A stretch of 64,000 nucleotides of DNA, taken from the NCBI RefSeq assembly GCF_004010195.1, contig NC_057728.1, forward strand, positions 46,590,645 through 46,654,644. Reading direction: 5' to 3'. Origin of the DNA: Chiloscyllium plagiosum (lineage: Eukaryota). Of this stretch, positions 39,750 through 52,619 are shown piece by piece; positions within the stretch are counted from its first letter, which is position 1, and every line of letters begins with the position of its first letter. The position numbers and the translations under genes were made by a program. The notes under the pieces are model-generated. The model searched no databases. It saw only the letters and a list, made by a program, of their open reading frames with translations, and was not told where the DNA came from.

Positions 39750-40090
39750 AAGATGATGGTCAGCCACTTACTTGAACTGCTATAGCCAACATGATGTAAG
39801 ATATACCTACAGTGCTGTTAGGATGGGAGTTCTTGGATTCTGACCCAATGACAGTGCAGGAACAGTTATGTATTCTCAAGTCAGTGACTTAGAGAGGAAC
39901 TTTCAGGAGATGTTCCCATGATTTTGCTGCTCTTGAAGTTCTACGTGACAGAGTTTTGGAAAGTGCTATCAGACAAGTCATTGTAAATGACTGCAGTACA
40001 TCTCATGGACTGTGCACATTGCTATTATTGTGCATCAGTGGTGGAAGGAGTGCATGTTGGATTGGAGTGATGAACTTACATGGGCTCAGA
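39750..40090 (-). mobile_element. 3' fragment of the 8485-11596 LINE family
   Basis: Reverse-complement similarity to ~11200-11510. Confidence 0.65.
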
Positions 40091-41269
40091 TGTTCTCTCC
40101 TGAGGTGGCTTTGGATGGGGAAGGTGCTTGGTTTGGCATAGCCACTTCTGTTGAAACAGCCCAGAACAGCCAGATTTCCATTCCACAGGAGTAACTGCAT
40201 TTGGGAGCCAGGCCCAATTTCCACAAACAGTTTGGAAGCAGATATCAGGGTTTCTGGGTACTGAAGAGGTTGTTTATAAGACCTATCTCAGGGCTATAGG
40301 ACTTCACCCCAGAAGTAACAGAAGTAGGTAAGGCCTTTCGCCCTATCCTTCAAAACCTACTAGCATCTACCTAACCACAACTTTGCCCTATACATACTAA
40401 CTCATGCCCACCCACTCCTACGTTCCTCCATGCCAACTTATGCCCCTTTGTCCTCCCCATGACCCCTCATGCCCTCCATAGAACCTCTGGATCTGGCCTC
40501 TAAGTGCTATTTTGTCTGGACATACAGTCACTACAGCTTCATGAAAATCTAAACCATAATCTCTGTTTACTTGACTATGGAATTACTTCTGAGATGAATG
40601 AACAAAGCTTACTGAGAGAAAAAAAATCCTTTAAAAATCCAAGTACTGTATGTCAATTCTTAGTCCTGGAAGGTTTCCAAGTTTCTAGCTAATGTGTACA
40701 AAAACGTGACCAGCTAGAAACAGACAAGATGCAGTCTCAATTATAAATCTCGATTGTAAACTGATTGTGGACCTAAAGAAAATCTTTTTTTTCTTACAAC
40801 TTGGCAATTTTAACACCAAGCTTAACTTGTTTGAAAGGTCAGCAAAATTAAACGATTGCAGTCAATAGTGGACAGATTAATCAATTGGGATTAGGAATTA
40901 TAAATATATAGGTAGCAAGGCAGAAAACAACCATGAGAATGATTAAAGAATGCAAATAATATATCATTAGGATGCTGAAGGTTTCTATCCAATTGTAATT
41001 TGTATGAGAATAACAACTATCACAAAACTATCGAGCTGCAGCAAGAATATTATGTTAAGTCTGGGTGGTGTGGTTGATTGATGAGTTTGAAATCAAGAGG
41101 GAACTGGGCAGAAGGAGATACTGTTCCACTTGGCTGATGGATTGTAAACCAGACAGTACAGATGTAAAGTAATTAGTAAAAGAAGCAATAGTAATTTGAG
41201 GATAAGCCTTTTATACTTCAAGTATTGGGTTCTGATGTACAATGTTCCATGCACCTTTAGCAAGGTCAG

Positions 41270-44200
41270 TATTTGTTGCTCGTTTTTGGAATATCTATGA
41301 GATGGCTTTTTGGAGCAGTTTGTGGTGGAGCCCACTGGGATCAGGCAATACTGGATTTGGTGTTGCACAATGAGGCAGACTTGATAAGGGAGCTTAAGGT
41401 GAAGGAACCCTTAAGAGTCAGTGATCACAATATGATTGAATTTACTCTGCAGTTTGAGAAGGAGATGATAAGATCAGCATTACAGCTGAATAAAGGCAAC
41501 CACAGAGGTATGAGGGAGCAGCTGAGTAGAATTGACTGGGAGAGGGACCAAGCAGGAAAATAATTGGAACTTCAATGGCAGGAGTTTCTGGGGGTAATGC
41601 AGAAGGCACAGCAGAGACTTATTCTGAGGAAAAAGAAGCATGGTACAGGGAGGATGAGGCAACCACGGCTGACCAGGGAAGTCAGGGATAGCATAAAAGC
41701 AAAACAGAAAGCCAATACTGTGGCAAAAGGCAGTGGGAAACCAAAGGATTGGGAAGCTTACAAAGACCAAACAGAAGGCAACAAAAAAAGACTAAATATG
41801 AAGGTAAGCCAGCCAGTAATATAAAGGAAGATGGTAAGAGTTTCATTAGATATACAAAGAGCAAAAGAAAGTCAAAAGTGGACATTGAATTGTCGGAAAA
41901 TGATGCTGCAAAGATAGTAGGAGGGAACAAGGAAGTGGCTAAGGAGTGGAATAATTAACTTCCCTTCAATCTTCATGGTGGAAGATATGAGTAATTTCCC
42001 AAAACATCCAAGAGAATGAGTGGGCAGGGCTGAGTTTGTGGGCATCACCAAGGAGAAGGTGCTAGAAAAACTGAATGGCCTGAAGGTGGATAAATTACCT
42101 GGACCAGATGGACTACACCTCAGAGTTCCCTCCATGACTCTCTCGTCATGTCCATGCCCCCCACTAGTCCATACCCCATTCCTGGCACCTTTCCCTGCCA
42201 CCACAGGAAGTGCAAAACCTGTGCCTACACCACTCCCCTCACCTCTGTCCAAGGCTCCAAGATATCATTCCACATCCATCAGAAATGTAGCTCTATCTCT
42301 ACCAATGTCATCTACTGCATCCTTTGCACCCGGTTGGTCTCCTCTACATTGGGAACACAGGATGCCTTCTTGCAGATCATTTCAGAGTACATCTCTGGGA
42401 CACCCGCACCCACCAACCCCAACGCCCCGTGACTGAACACTTCAACTCCCACCCCTCTACTCTATCAAGGACATGCAGGTCCTGGGCCTGCTACACTGCC
42501 AAACCGCTGCCACCCAACGCCTGGAGGAAGAACGCCACATATTCTGCCTTGTGACCCTGAACCACATGGGATAAATGTGGATTTCAACAGCTTCCTCATT
42601 TCCCGATCGCCAACATTATCCCAGTCCCAAGGCTCCAACTTGGCACTGCCCTCCTGACCTGTCCATCACTCCACCCTCTGACTTATCACCTTCTCCCTCA
42701 CCTTCATCCTCCTATCGCTTTCTCAGCTACCTTCCTACCGCCCCCCCAACCCCACCCCTCTTCCTTTTATCTCAGCCACCAGCCCACAAACCTCATTCTT
42801 GATGAAGGGCTTATGTCCGAAATGTCGATTTTCATGCTCCTCAGATGCTGCCTGACCTGCTGTGCTTTCCCCGCACCACACTCTTGACTACACTCCAGAG
42901 TTCTAAAGGAGATAGCTGAAGAAATAGTGGAGACATTAGCGCTGATCTTTCAGGAATCGGTAGAATAAGGAAGAATTCCAAAGGACTGGAAAATTGCCAA
43001 CATGACACTTCTCTTTATAAAGTGAGTGCGGCAAAAAAGGGAAAATTACAGATGGATTAGCCTAACTTTGGTTGTGAGCAAGATCCTGGAATCCATTGTG
43101 AAGGATGAGATTTCTGAATACTTGGAAGTGTATGGTAAAATAGGGCAAAGTCAGCACGGCTTCATCAAGGGGACGTGATGCCCAACAAATCTGCTAGAAT
43201 TCTTTGAGAAAGTAATGAGCGGGTTAGACCAGGGAGAGCCAATGGATCTTATCCACTGGGACTTTGAGAAGGCCTTTGACAAGGTGCTGCACAGGAGGTT
43301 ACTGAGTAAGATAAGGGCCAGTGGTGTCCGAGGCAAGGTGCTAGCATGGTTAGAAGCTTGGCTGTCTGGCAGAAAGCAGAGAGTGGGGATAAAAGGGTTC
43401 TTCTCAGGGTGGCAGCCTGTGTTGGGGCCACAATGTTGCACTTTATAATTGACGATCTGGTTGAAGGGCATTCTGGCTAAGTTTGTGGTTGATACAAATC
43501 TAGGTAGAGAGACAGTAGCATTGTAACGAAAGGCTGCAGAAGAATTGGAGAGGTTAGGAGCGTGGGCAAAGAAGTGGCAGATGAGGTACAACATTGGAAA
43601 GTGTGAGGTTATGCACTTTGGTAAGAACGAAAGAGGGATGGACTATTTTCTAAATGCGGAGAAGATTCAGAAGTCTGAAATGCAAAGAGACTTGGGAGCT
43701 CTAGTTCAGGATTCCCTCAAGGTAAATTTACAATTTGAGTCAGTAGTTAGGAAGGCAGATGCAAAGATAGCATTTATTTTGAGTGGATTTGAATATAAAA
43801 GCAGGGATGTACTTCTGAGGCTCTATAAGGTTCTGGTCAGACCACATTTGAGGTACCGTGCACAGTTTTGGGCCCCATATCTCAAGAAGGGTGTACTGGC
43901 CCTGATGCGTGTTCAGAGGAGTTCACGAGAATGATCCCAGGAATGAAAAGCTTAACATATCAGGAACATTTGAGGATGCTGGTTCTATACTCAATGGCAT
44001 TTAGAAGAATGACAGAGGTTATAATTGAAACATACAGAATATTGAATGGCCTGGAGAAGGTAGATGTTGGGAAGATGTGTCCATTGGTAGGAGAGACTAG
44101 GACCCAAGAGCACAACCTTAAAGTAAAGGGGAAGACATTTAGAACAGAGATAAGGAGAAACTTCTTCAGCCAGAAATTGGTGAACCTCTGGAATTCACTG

Positions 44201-44395
44201 CCACAGAAGGCTGTGGAGGCTGGGTCATTGCCTATATTTAAGACAGAGATAGATAGGTTCTTGAGTATCAAGGGGATCAAGAGTTATGGGGAGAAAGCGA
44301 GAGAATGGGGTTGAGAAACTTACTAGCCATGATTGAATGGTGGAGTAAACCTGATGAACTGAATAGCCTAATTTTTGCTTCTACGTCTTATCTCT
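41270..44395 (+). mobile_element. Long decayed CR1 LINE (endonuclease C-terminus + RT), interrupted by a Penelope fragment
   Basis: QAILDLVL..SDHNMIEF, KLPGPDGLH, DFEKAFDKVLHRRLL, KCEVMHFG, LYKVLVRPHL, NLWNSLP in the ORF track; CR1-type 3' tail. Confidence 0.93.
42129..42885 (+). mobile_element. Penelope-like element 3' fragment (GIY-YIG endonuclease + pseudo-LTR)
   Basis: PCHHRKCKTC, NVIYCILC, LLYIGNTG..LADHFRVH; degenerate hammerhead ttgatgaagggcttatgtccgaaatgtc near 42799; ~18-bp TSD gactacacYYcagagttc at 42111-42128 and 42886-42903. Confidence 0.9.
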
Positions 44396-44399
44396 TAAT

Positions 44400-44660
44400 G
44401 ACTTTTGAATTGAGTTGCTCAGCCATTTCAGAACCAATCATGTTGCTGTGGGGCAGGAGTCACGTGTAAGCCAGACCAAGTAAGGATGATGGTTTCCTTC
44501 CTTAAAGGACATTAGTTAACCACATGACAATAATTCCAGATTTTTTTTAAATCAAATTCAAGTTTTATTATCTTCTGTGGTGGGATTCAAACCCATGTCC
44601 GCAGAATATTCACCTGTGCCTCTGGATTATTAATCCAGTAACATTAACACGACAGCACCA
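44400..44660 (-). mobile_element. tRNA-headed SINE, same family as 51405-51690
   Basis: Minus strand has B-box-like gggtttgaatcccacc and body ctaatgtcctttaaggaaggaaacc. Confidence 0.7.
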
Positions 44661-44949
44661 GCTACGTCTTGTGAGTGTATGTGGTAACAGTGAATTCAAC
44701 TGAAACCTGCAAAAGAGAATTTTAAAAATACCTGAAAGGGAAATAAAGGTCAAGCCACAGGGGAAAGGCAAGGAAGTGGGACTAGGTGAGTTGCTATTTG
44801 ACAGCAAGCTCAAACAGCTTCCTTCTACACTGTAACCATTCCATGATTCCATTATGTGAAGATGTTCTGAGTATTGGTAAATGTTGGTAAGACTCTACAC
44901 ATTTTAACAAAAATTGGACATCATTCAAGATCAAGGCTGCAGTATCATA

Positions 44950-47900
44950 TACATTGCAGCCAGCTTTTCAGTGCTACAGCTGCTCTTTTGGTTCCAAAAA
45001 GACATCTGCAACATGCAAGATACTGGCATGAAGCACACCTGATGCCATCTTAATTAGGTGGGCACAGGAGCTTACAGCAGAGGTACGCAGAGTTGGATCT
45101 GTTGATTTGACATGGGTGATGCCATTGTAGATTTCATCACTTAAGTTAATGTCCTTTCTTAACTTTGAACAGCTCAATATGCATTTAGCAGCAGGAAGCA
45201 ATTATTTAAATAAATCATCAACTATTTTAAGAATGCTGTCCTCAGGCAATGGATCTCGAGGTGATCATGATCATGAATATTCATGCATCTGGCTTCTTTC
45301 AGGCTGAAGTTGTCAGTATTTGCAACATTGCCCAGCTTTCTGTCCAGTGTTGCATATGCAGACTGTGCATTCTAATAAAGCTGAAAATGTTTCATTCTGT
45401 CTTCCCGGAAAGAAGTAGTGGGAATGAATGGCTTTGCAAGGATTGTCGGCTTCCACAAGATGGAAGGTCCCATTGATTTCATACACGTGTCGTTGTGGGC
45501 GCCATATGGAAATTCTGAGATTCCACATCCTTATTGTCCAGTTGATGTGTATCAGCTGAGAATGTCATGCTGATGAATGCTCAGAATCTCACCAGCAGTC
45601 ACTATGCTTCCAATCTGTGCCAGTCTGCTATACCAACAGCAATAAGACCACTCTGACAAATCAGAGGGTGGCTACTGGTAGGTAGAGTCTATCAATTAAC
45701 AATTGAACTCATGATTGCTACCTTACACGTGTTGGGAGCTTGCATATAAAAAAAGCCACAAAAAAATATAATCAAGCAGGCCACCGGGGTGACTAAATGT
45801 TTGTTCTATGGCAGGGACCATTGTGAAGGAAGCTGCGATACTCAGCAGAGTACAGTGAAGTTTCATTGTAGTCTGCTCCAGGCTGCACAGCCTCGCTATC
45901 ATAAGGACTGCTCCTTTGCCCACAGGCATAAGGTGAGAGGAAGGAGCAGGAAAACAGGAAAAAGGGATGCATAAGCCAACACATCCCTGCACTGACCGGA
46001 CAGTCTGTGAGTGACTCATCTAACTGCAATACCATTGAAAGCAATCCCTCTAACTTTCCCTCTGTAACTGACCTTCTGGCTGCAGTACTAAAATAAAGCA
46101 TTCACAGCAGATCACAAATAAAATGTACCACAAAACAAACATTCCACACAAACTTCATAAATCAAAGATTAACTATTCAGTATAAAACTCAACCAATTAT
46201 CCTTGTGCCTTCCCTTTCTGCCTGTTTTGGTGACTTAGCTTGTTATGCTGTGTTAATCCATTGACTGCTGATATTCACTGGGGAAGTCTCCACATTGACC
46301 TCACATCGTTCTGGGCCTGGAACTCTTGCTTCTATACTGCACTCTCTCCACATGGGTAGCAGCAGACTTACCCAAATGATTGATGGACAACAACTCGGGC
46401 ACAGGTGGGATGGCAGAGGTGACAGAGGCTGCCATCTGAAGAGAGGACAGCTATTTTGTGCCTCATGGAATCACCGTCACATTTTCTCAACAATTCTAAC
46501 AGTGGGTTGGAGGACAGATTGCATGACCATTGTGAGACCTGTTATCGGACCATAAGATGTAGGAGCAGAATGAGGCCAATCAGCCCAACAATTCAAGCCC
46601 TTTTGACAGCTGATACCTGAAACCATGAAGGTGACAGGCTGAGCACTTGTCACAGCTATATGAGCTTGCCTAAGAACACAGGATGGTATGGTAGCTCAGT
46701 GGTTAGCACTGCTGCCTCACAGAGAGGGACCCGAGTTTGATTCCCACCTCGGGCGACTGCCTATGTGGCGATTGCACATTCTCTGCATGGGTTTCCTCCA
46801 GGTGCCCCCGTTTCCTCCCACAATCCACAGGTAAATTGGCTGGGCTAAATTGCCTGTAGTGATAGGTGCATTAGTCAGGGGTAAATGTGGGTTACTCTTC
46901 CAAAGGGTCAGTGTGAACTTGTTGGGCCAAAGGGCCTATTTCCATACTGTAGGGAATCTAATCTAAACAGTCAGAGCTTCCAGCACAGCATCTCAATTCT
47001 TGGGTGAGATTGTATGAAATATGTCAGATGCGCTGTACTGTAGCATGGATGAGTGTTCAACTGTTTTCCTGGAGTTAGCCGCTGCTTCCACACTGGAAAG
47101 GTTGAACTCCAAGCTCAGTGTTAACCCTTATGCCAAGTTGGTGCAGAACCTCCTTTGCAGATCTGCCAATGCACCAATCATTATGCATACTCATCAACCT
47201 TCTGTCAGCTACCCCATCAAAGTTCCCATTTTAGTCCTATGCCGTTAAACCTGTATGCAACTTCACCCTAAAGTGAGCAGACACTAGAGCCAACCATGAA
47301 TACAGCTCATTCATCCCAGTGTCTCACCATCTACAGTATCCTGGCCTCTATGCTGTCTTCTGAAAAACACAGAGCGTCTGTATCTGAGCTGATGGCTGTA
47401 AACGTGAGTGCAAGTGACTGTGTTTCTTCTTCACCACTGTTCTCCTGCTCTTACACATCTTACTCATCCAACACTAACTATGCAGATTGGGGAGCTAAAA
47501 GAAGGAAGGCATAAAGGTTGGTTGTGATGAAGGAATGGTGGAGAGGGATATAAGATGAATGCACACAGTATTTGCAGCTTGTTAATCACAAAGCGTCATG
47601 TAGTGAGACAAAGTAAGATTTGGGAAGGAGGATTAGGTCACGTAGTTTTGCCATCTTCAACATTATCAGTCCCCCATTTGAGCAAGACCTCAGACATGGC
47701 TTCTTCAGTGATGATAACTACCATTTCCTCCTGAGCAATGAGGAAATCTAACTGTCCCTGTCTCCCATTAGTTAGGCGCTGTACTCTTTGGTCCTCTACT
47801 ACCTTGTCCTCCAAGACTGAGGGAATTGTGAGTGTGGTGCAATTTACTGGCTAATGCATCTGACATGGTTGAATAGCAAGCCATGTGTACAGGTTCTGAG

Positions 47901-48505
47901 ATGTGATTGTGAGATTTGGGACAGTGCTCGGTGAGTGAAGGTGAGATGAAGCTCTGAGAGTGAGCTCTGAGCCTTGATTGAAAGAGATTTTAGGTGAAAT
48001 TAGTGGATGGGGAATGAGACGAATGGAGGCTGAAAGATATGGCATATGAAATGTATCAACTGACCTTAACTACTGATCTGAGATCATTGAACTTCTTGCA
48101 ATACTGCATCTGGTTCCTCAGTGATGCTTTTCTTGCTTTTGCAGTGATGGTGTTCTGCTCCCTTTGCTTCTTCCATGTTGTCCAAAGGCTCTCCTGGCTC
48201 CCAGTGGCCCAACTGGTCAGTCTTCTTGTAGAACAGAACCCTTCCACAATCACCAGCTCGAGATAGGATGCACTTTTTCAACAGGAGGTTCCAGCTGCCT
48301 TTAAGTCACACAAACTAACTTGAAGAGGTGATGGCTGCACAGTGTTTGGAACCCTTGCAACTGCTCAGAAATGCATTTGATGTTGAACTGCAGTAATTTA
48401 AATTATTGGGGAGCAGAACACTTGCAAGTTGCCACAATGGAAGAAATCAATCACACATTATGATCCTGTGCTTGTTTTTGGGTAACGATTAAATTTTGTC
48501 CCCAG
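44950..48505. mobile_element. Decayed Harbinger/PIF transposon with convergent nuclease (+) and Myb/SANT (-) remnants
   Basis: + strand: ASGFFQ..ICNIAQLSVQCCI (~45285) and GPIDFIHV..AP..FHILIVQLMC (~45465-45550), resembling the HARBI1 GAIDCTHV...FHSxNVQLVC motif. - strand: QYCKKFNDL (ORF 48056-48253) followed by a GT donor. Confidence 0.7.
46681..46965 (+). mobile_element. HE1 SINE nested in the Harbinger remnant
   Basis: ggtagctcagtggttagcactgctgcctcacag head; tail ctgtagggaatctaatctaa. Confidence 0.88.
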
Positions 48506-51136
48506 AGTCTTTTAACAGTGAATAACTCTGATGCTCAGCTAACAGTGTTTAATTAAAAAGATTTTGAAGCCAATGTGTAAATTGCTATGCAATTAATAAA
48601 TATTTAATTTACATAGTATGCTTTTAATAAAATGTTATTAATTCCATCACTATTATATCGCTATTATATTGATTTTGAATTAAAATTCCATTCATCAAAA
48701 TGACAATTACTAGGGCTGGAGTATTTTCAGCCTGTTATGTTCAATGTTGTGATGACACTGTCCCAGTTATAGCATACCATAATGTCATTGCTTGGAAAAC
48801 CTGCAAACAAGTCCTAGGTGCATTTATCACTGCAAATTGATGAGTGATGCAACTCAGGAGCAAACTTGAATGAGACTTCTTGGAGTTTCAAGTCTCATTT
48901 TCCCCTTGATTGGCAAATGAGTGATTGGACTTCCTGACACATTTCACACTCAACCTGTTTCCATTTAAACATTTACACAATGTGCATTCCACCATCGGCC
49001 CTGCTCTCTAAATGTTTGCATTTTGAGGCTTTCTAGGAAAGCTTGGCTCTCATCTTTGTCAAAGCTTGTGCACGGCTCAAATCTCCACCATCCACTTTTA
49101 ATATTTAGTGAATTCTGGCAGTTGATAGACTTGGTAAATATTCAGTAGATTTTCCAAGTACTAATTAAGCACCAATCCCTCTCGCTGCAGTTTTGTGACA
49201 TTAGCTCCAACCGCTCAATCTCCGATTCTGGAGCTGAATGTTCCTATTGCAGTCTGAAGACTGGTCACCAGAGCTGCAAGTGGGGAACAATGTGGAGGGA
49301 TCCAGTGAGACATATTTCCAGTGTTGATCATTTAAGTGATTGCCATTGGGGCTCTGTCCCAATATAAGATGACAATCCCTATCTCTACCCCCTCAAAACC
49401 TGCCGGCCACTAGCTGCTCAATGGCTTCAGCAGCACCACTGCTAGAAATGGCCATTGCTGAGACTACATTTATGAGGAGAGGAGAAAGCACCTCAATGGC
49501 TGAAGCACTCTTGAAATGTAGTAAAAGGAATTAGGGACCCTGGAATCAGGCGGGTCCTGGTGACCGGTAGGGGGATGGAATGACACTGGCACGCTGTTAC
49601 CAGAGGGAGTAATCATTTCCAACCCAGGGGTCCTCCAACAGCTATGAAATGCCTAACAGAGGCCAGTATCCACATACAACAGAGATTGATGAGAAGTCTG
49701 GACTGATTGGCCTTCCTATTTGGCAATGGACTCCAACCTCTCAAATATGGGAAAATATCAATGGAGACTAGAAGAGGCTCTTGCCTGGTCACAAAGTGCT
49801 CAACTGGGTACTGGTTAGTCATGTTTGACACTTTCCCCATGATTTTATCTGAAATAACCTTTTTTTTCCTTCCTAAGTTTTGCCACAGAAAGACTAAATC
49901 TGGCCCATAAAATGCAAGAGGAAAAGGCATATGACTTTGTCCAAAATCTTTAGATCTTCATCTACTACCTTATTAAATTCATGTTCGAACGAAGGTTTAC
50001 AATTTGATATGGCAGCATCCTCTAATACATTGGAGTGGAGATCAGTCATAACCTCATTGAATGGCCGAGTAGACTCAAAGAGCTGAATGACCTGCTTCTG
50101 CCCTTACATCTTATGGTCTTATAGTTCACACCTTTCACTAATCACTTCTGTTAGCCTCATCAGCCTGAGTTTTTAATGGCTTGATTGTCATTTCTGCAGG
50201 GGAGATAGAAGTTCCATATTGGGACACTGCAGAATTCCCATCAAAGATTCTGATGCGTAGTCTCAGACCCACAATTAAGCTAAATCTAGAAATGTGATCA
50301 TAATTTCAACTTTGGCCTGTACACCTTAAGGAACAATAATTTGTGTGTTTGCTTCTGGTCCTGACAAGAAACTATCTCTCCATAATCTATAGTTCTATTC
50401 CCAACCAATACTATATCACCTCTATTTTTTGTGTGTGAATTGACCCTTTTTCCTGGATGTACAATTCACATCTTCCTTGCTCTGCGTTGTATATACTGCT
50501 GCACTGAGATCTATACTCTATACTGCCACTGACATTGACAAACACAATTGACAATTTTCCAATGGTCAGAGAGTCATTTCTGGAGAGTAGATGGGGTGTG
50601 TGTATAGCAAGCTCCGAAGAAACTGTCCAGGAAATTGAAGATTCCACTGAATTCTCTGATACCTGGAATCCTCCAAAAGTCTCTATATCGATCAGAGGAT
50701 TTGGACAGTTATGATGCAGTTTTGTAACGAGTGACTCAGGGAAAGATTATTGAATATATAGTCCAACTCCTGGATATCAATGAAACTGACCCTCTTAAAT
50801 TAACTCACACCCCCTCAAGTACACTTGTCACAAGCCTCTCATACCTCTCTGATGTCCCGACACCTGCTCAAATCCCAGGACTCAAACCCCTCCAGACCCT
50901 TCCTCACTCTATCCCTGGCACCACCCATCCCAGTTGTCTCTGTACCTGACACATTGTTGTCCTTCTGGGACATGACTTTACCTCTCCCAGACATGGAGCC
51001 CACCTCCCTCGTATGCTACTGGGCCCACCAACTCTCTCCCCATGTATAGACATTCACCTTGTCCTCCACAGGGCCTTGACTCCCCTCCTCACTCACAAAG
51101 ACTTGATACTAAACTGAACCTGATTTCTCCCTTCCA

Positions 51137-51362
51137 GGAGGAGAAAGTAAGGTCTGCAGATGCTGGAGATCAGAGCTGAAAATGTGTTGCTGGAACAGCG
51201 CAGCAGGTCAGGCAGCATCCAGCGAACAGGAGAATCGACGTTTCGGGCATAAGCCCTTCTTCAGAAATTCCTGAAGAAGGGCTTATGCCCGAAACGTCGA
51301 TTCTCCTGTTCCCTGGATGCTGCCTGACCTGCTGCGCTGTTCCAGCAACATATTTTCACCCC
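51137..51362. mobile_element. Young Penelope-derived palindromic mini-insertion
   Basis: 91-bp inverted arms 51177-51267 and 51268-51358 with no spacer and 3 mismatches; TSD tttctcccttcYa at 51124-51136 and 51363-51375. Confidence 0.92.
51271..51298 (+). ncRNA. Minimal hammerhead ribozyme core (mirror copy on the minus strand at 51237-51264)
   Basis: CTGAAGA-a-GGGC-TTAT-GCCC-GAAAC-GTC gives the CUGANGA box, stem II, GAAA box and GUC triplet, as described for Penelope-like elements. Confidence 0.7.
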
Positions 51363-51404
51363 TTTCTCCCTTCTACCCTGACTTAATATGCATCACATCT
51401 AGGC

Positions 51405-51690
51405 TGAGACAATGGCCTAGTGGTAACATCATTGGGCTATTAACCTAGAGGTGTAGGTAATAATCTTGGGTGCCTGGGTTCAAATCCTACCATGGTAGAA
51501 TTTGAATTCAGTTTTTAAAATCTCTAATTAAAATGATGACCATGAAGCTATTGTTGATTGTCAGGAAAACTCATCTGGTTGACTAATGTCATTTCAGGAA
51601 GGAAACTCCTTCATTACCTGGTCTGGCCTACGTATGACTTCAGGCCCACAGCAATGTGATTGTATCTTAAATGCCCTCTGGGCAATTACA
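51405..51690 (+). mobile_element. tRNA-headed SINE related to the 5' region of the 8485-11596 LINE
   Basis: A-box-like tggcctagtgg and B-box-like gggttcaaatcc; body matches 8485-8680; ends in gggcaatta, the start of the LINE tail. Confidence 0.75.
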
Positions 51691-52619
51691 GGTGGACATC
51701 TACCCTGCCAAGTGGCATCCTACTACGTAACCACCTGGCACCCTTTCCATCTGATATCCTATTTACCATGAATCTACTCAATCCTCGTGGCTGTCGACTT
51801 AGCTGGCAACCTACTTAACTGGCACAGTAACCCCACCTGGTATGCTTTCTATCAAGCACTCTGGCCCCTACTTACCTGGCACCCTACCCTCACTCTTATC
51901 TTACATACTTATCCCTTTCAAAGGAGCAGTCGAAGTGGTTGTCTGTGAATCGGACATTGAATTGACAGAATGATAGCAACTGGCTGCTGTGAAGAAGGGA
52001 GTGAAGATTTCCATCTCTGACGATACTGCCTTACAGGGGCCCTGTTGGAGTTAAAGTACAGCTCTGCATTTCTGAAGGAGCCCTAATTGGAATCTCCTCC
52101 TGTCTGAAATGTAAACCTCTATCTCAGTGCAAGAAAGGATGAATGGAATCACAATTTGAGAGTGATTGCCACTCCCCACAGCATTAACTCCCATACATCG
52201 TTTGGCAGGATCTTAACCATTGACAACACTTGAGCAAGTTGTCTAATTTGTGCATTTCTCTCTGATCCTCATCACTTGAGGCCAATAATATGTTTCAAAT
52301 ATTCTGATGAGAAACATTAAATTTTTATTAAGGAGGTGCAATAATGGCTTGAAATCATAAACTGTAAATAGACAGAATTTCCAAAACTAATTGCCTAATG
52401 GTTCATTTCAGCATTATTCATGGAATATTTATTCAACAACATAGGTATCTCAACATCTTACTAATGCTTGTAAAGTGGTTTAACTTTGTATGAAACTCTA
52501 GTGATCTAAATATGTTGTCATCACAAAGCTAAAGCAAACGGTACTTTCATATTCCTTAATCTGGCATAAATCCTCACTAATTAGTGAACCCAGGCAATGT
52601 TTAAATCGATCTGTCCCAT

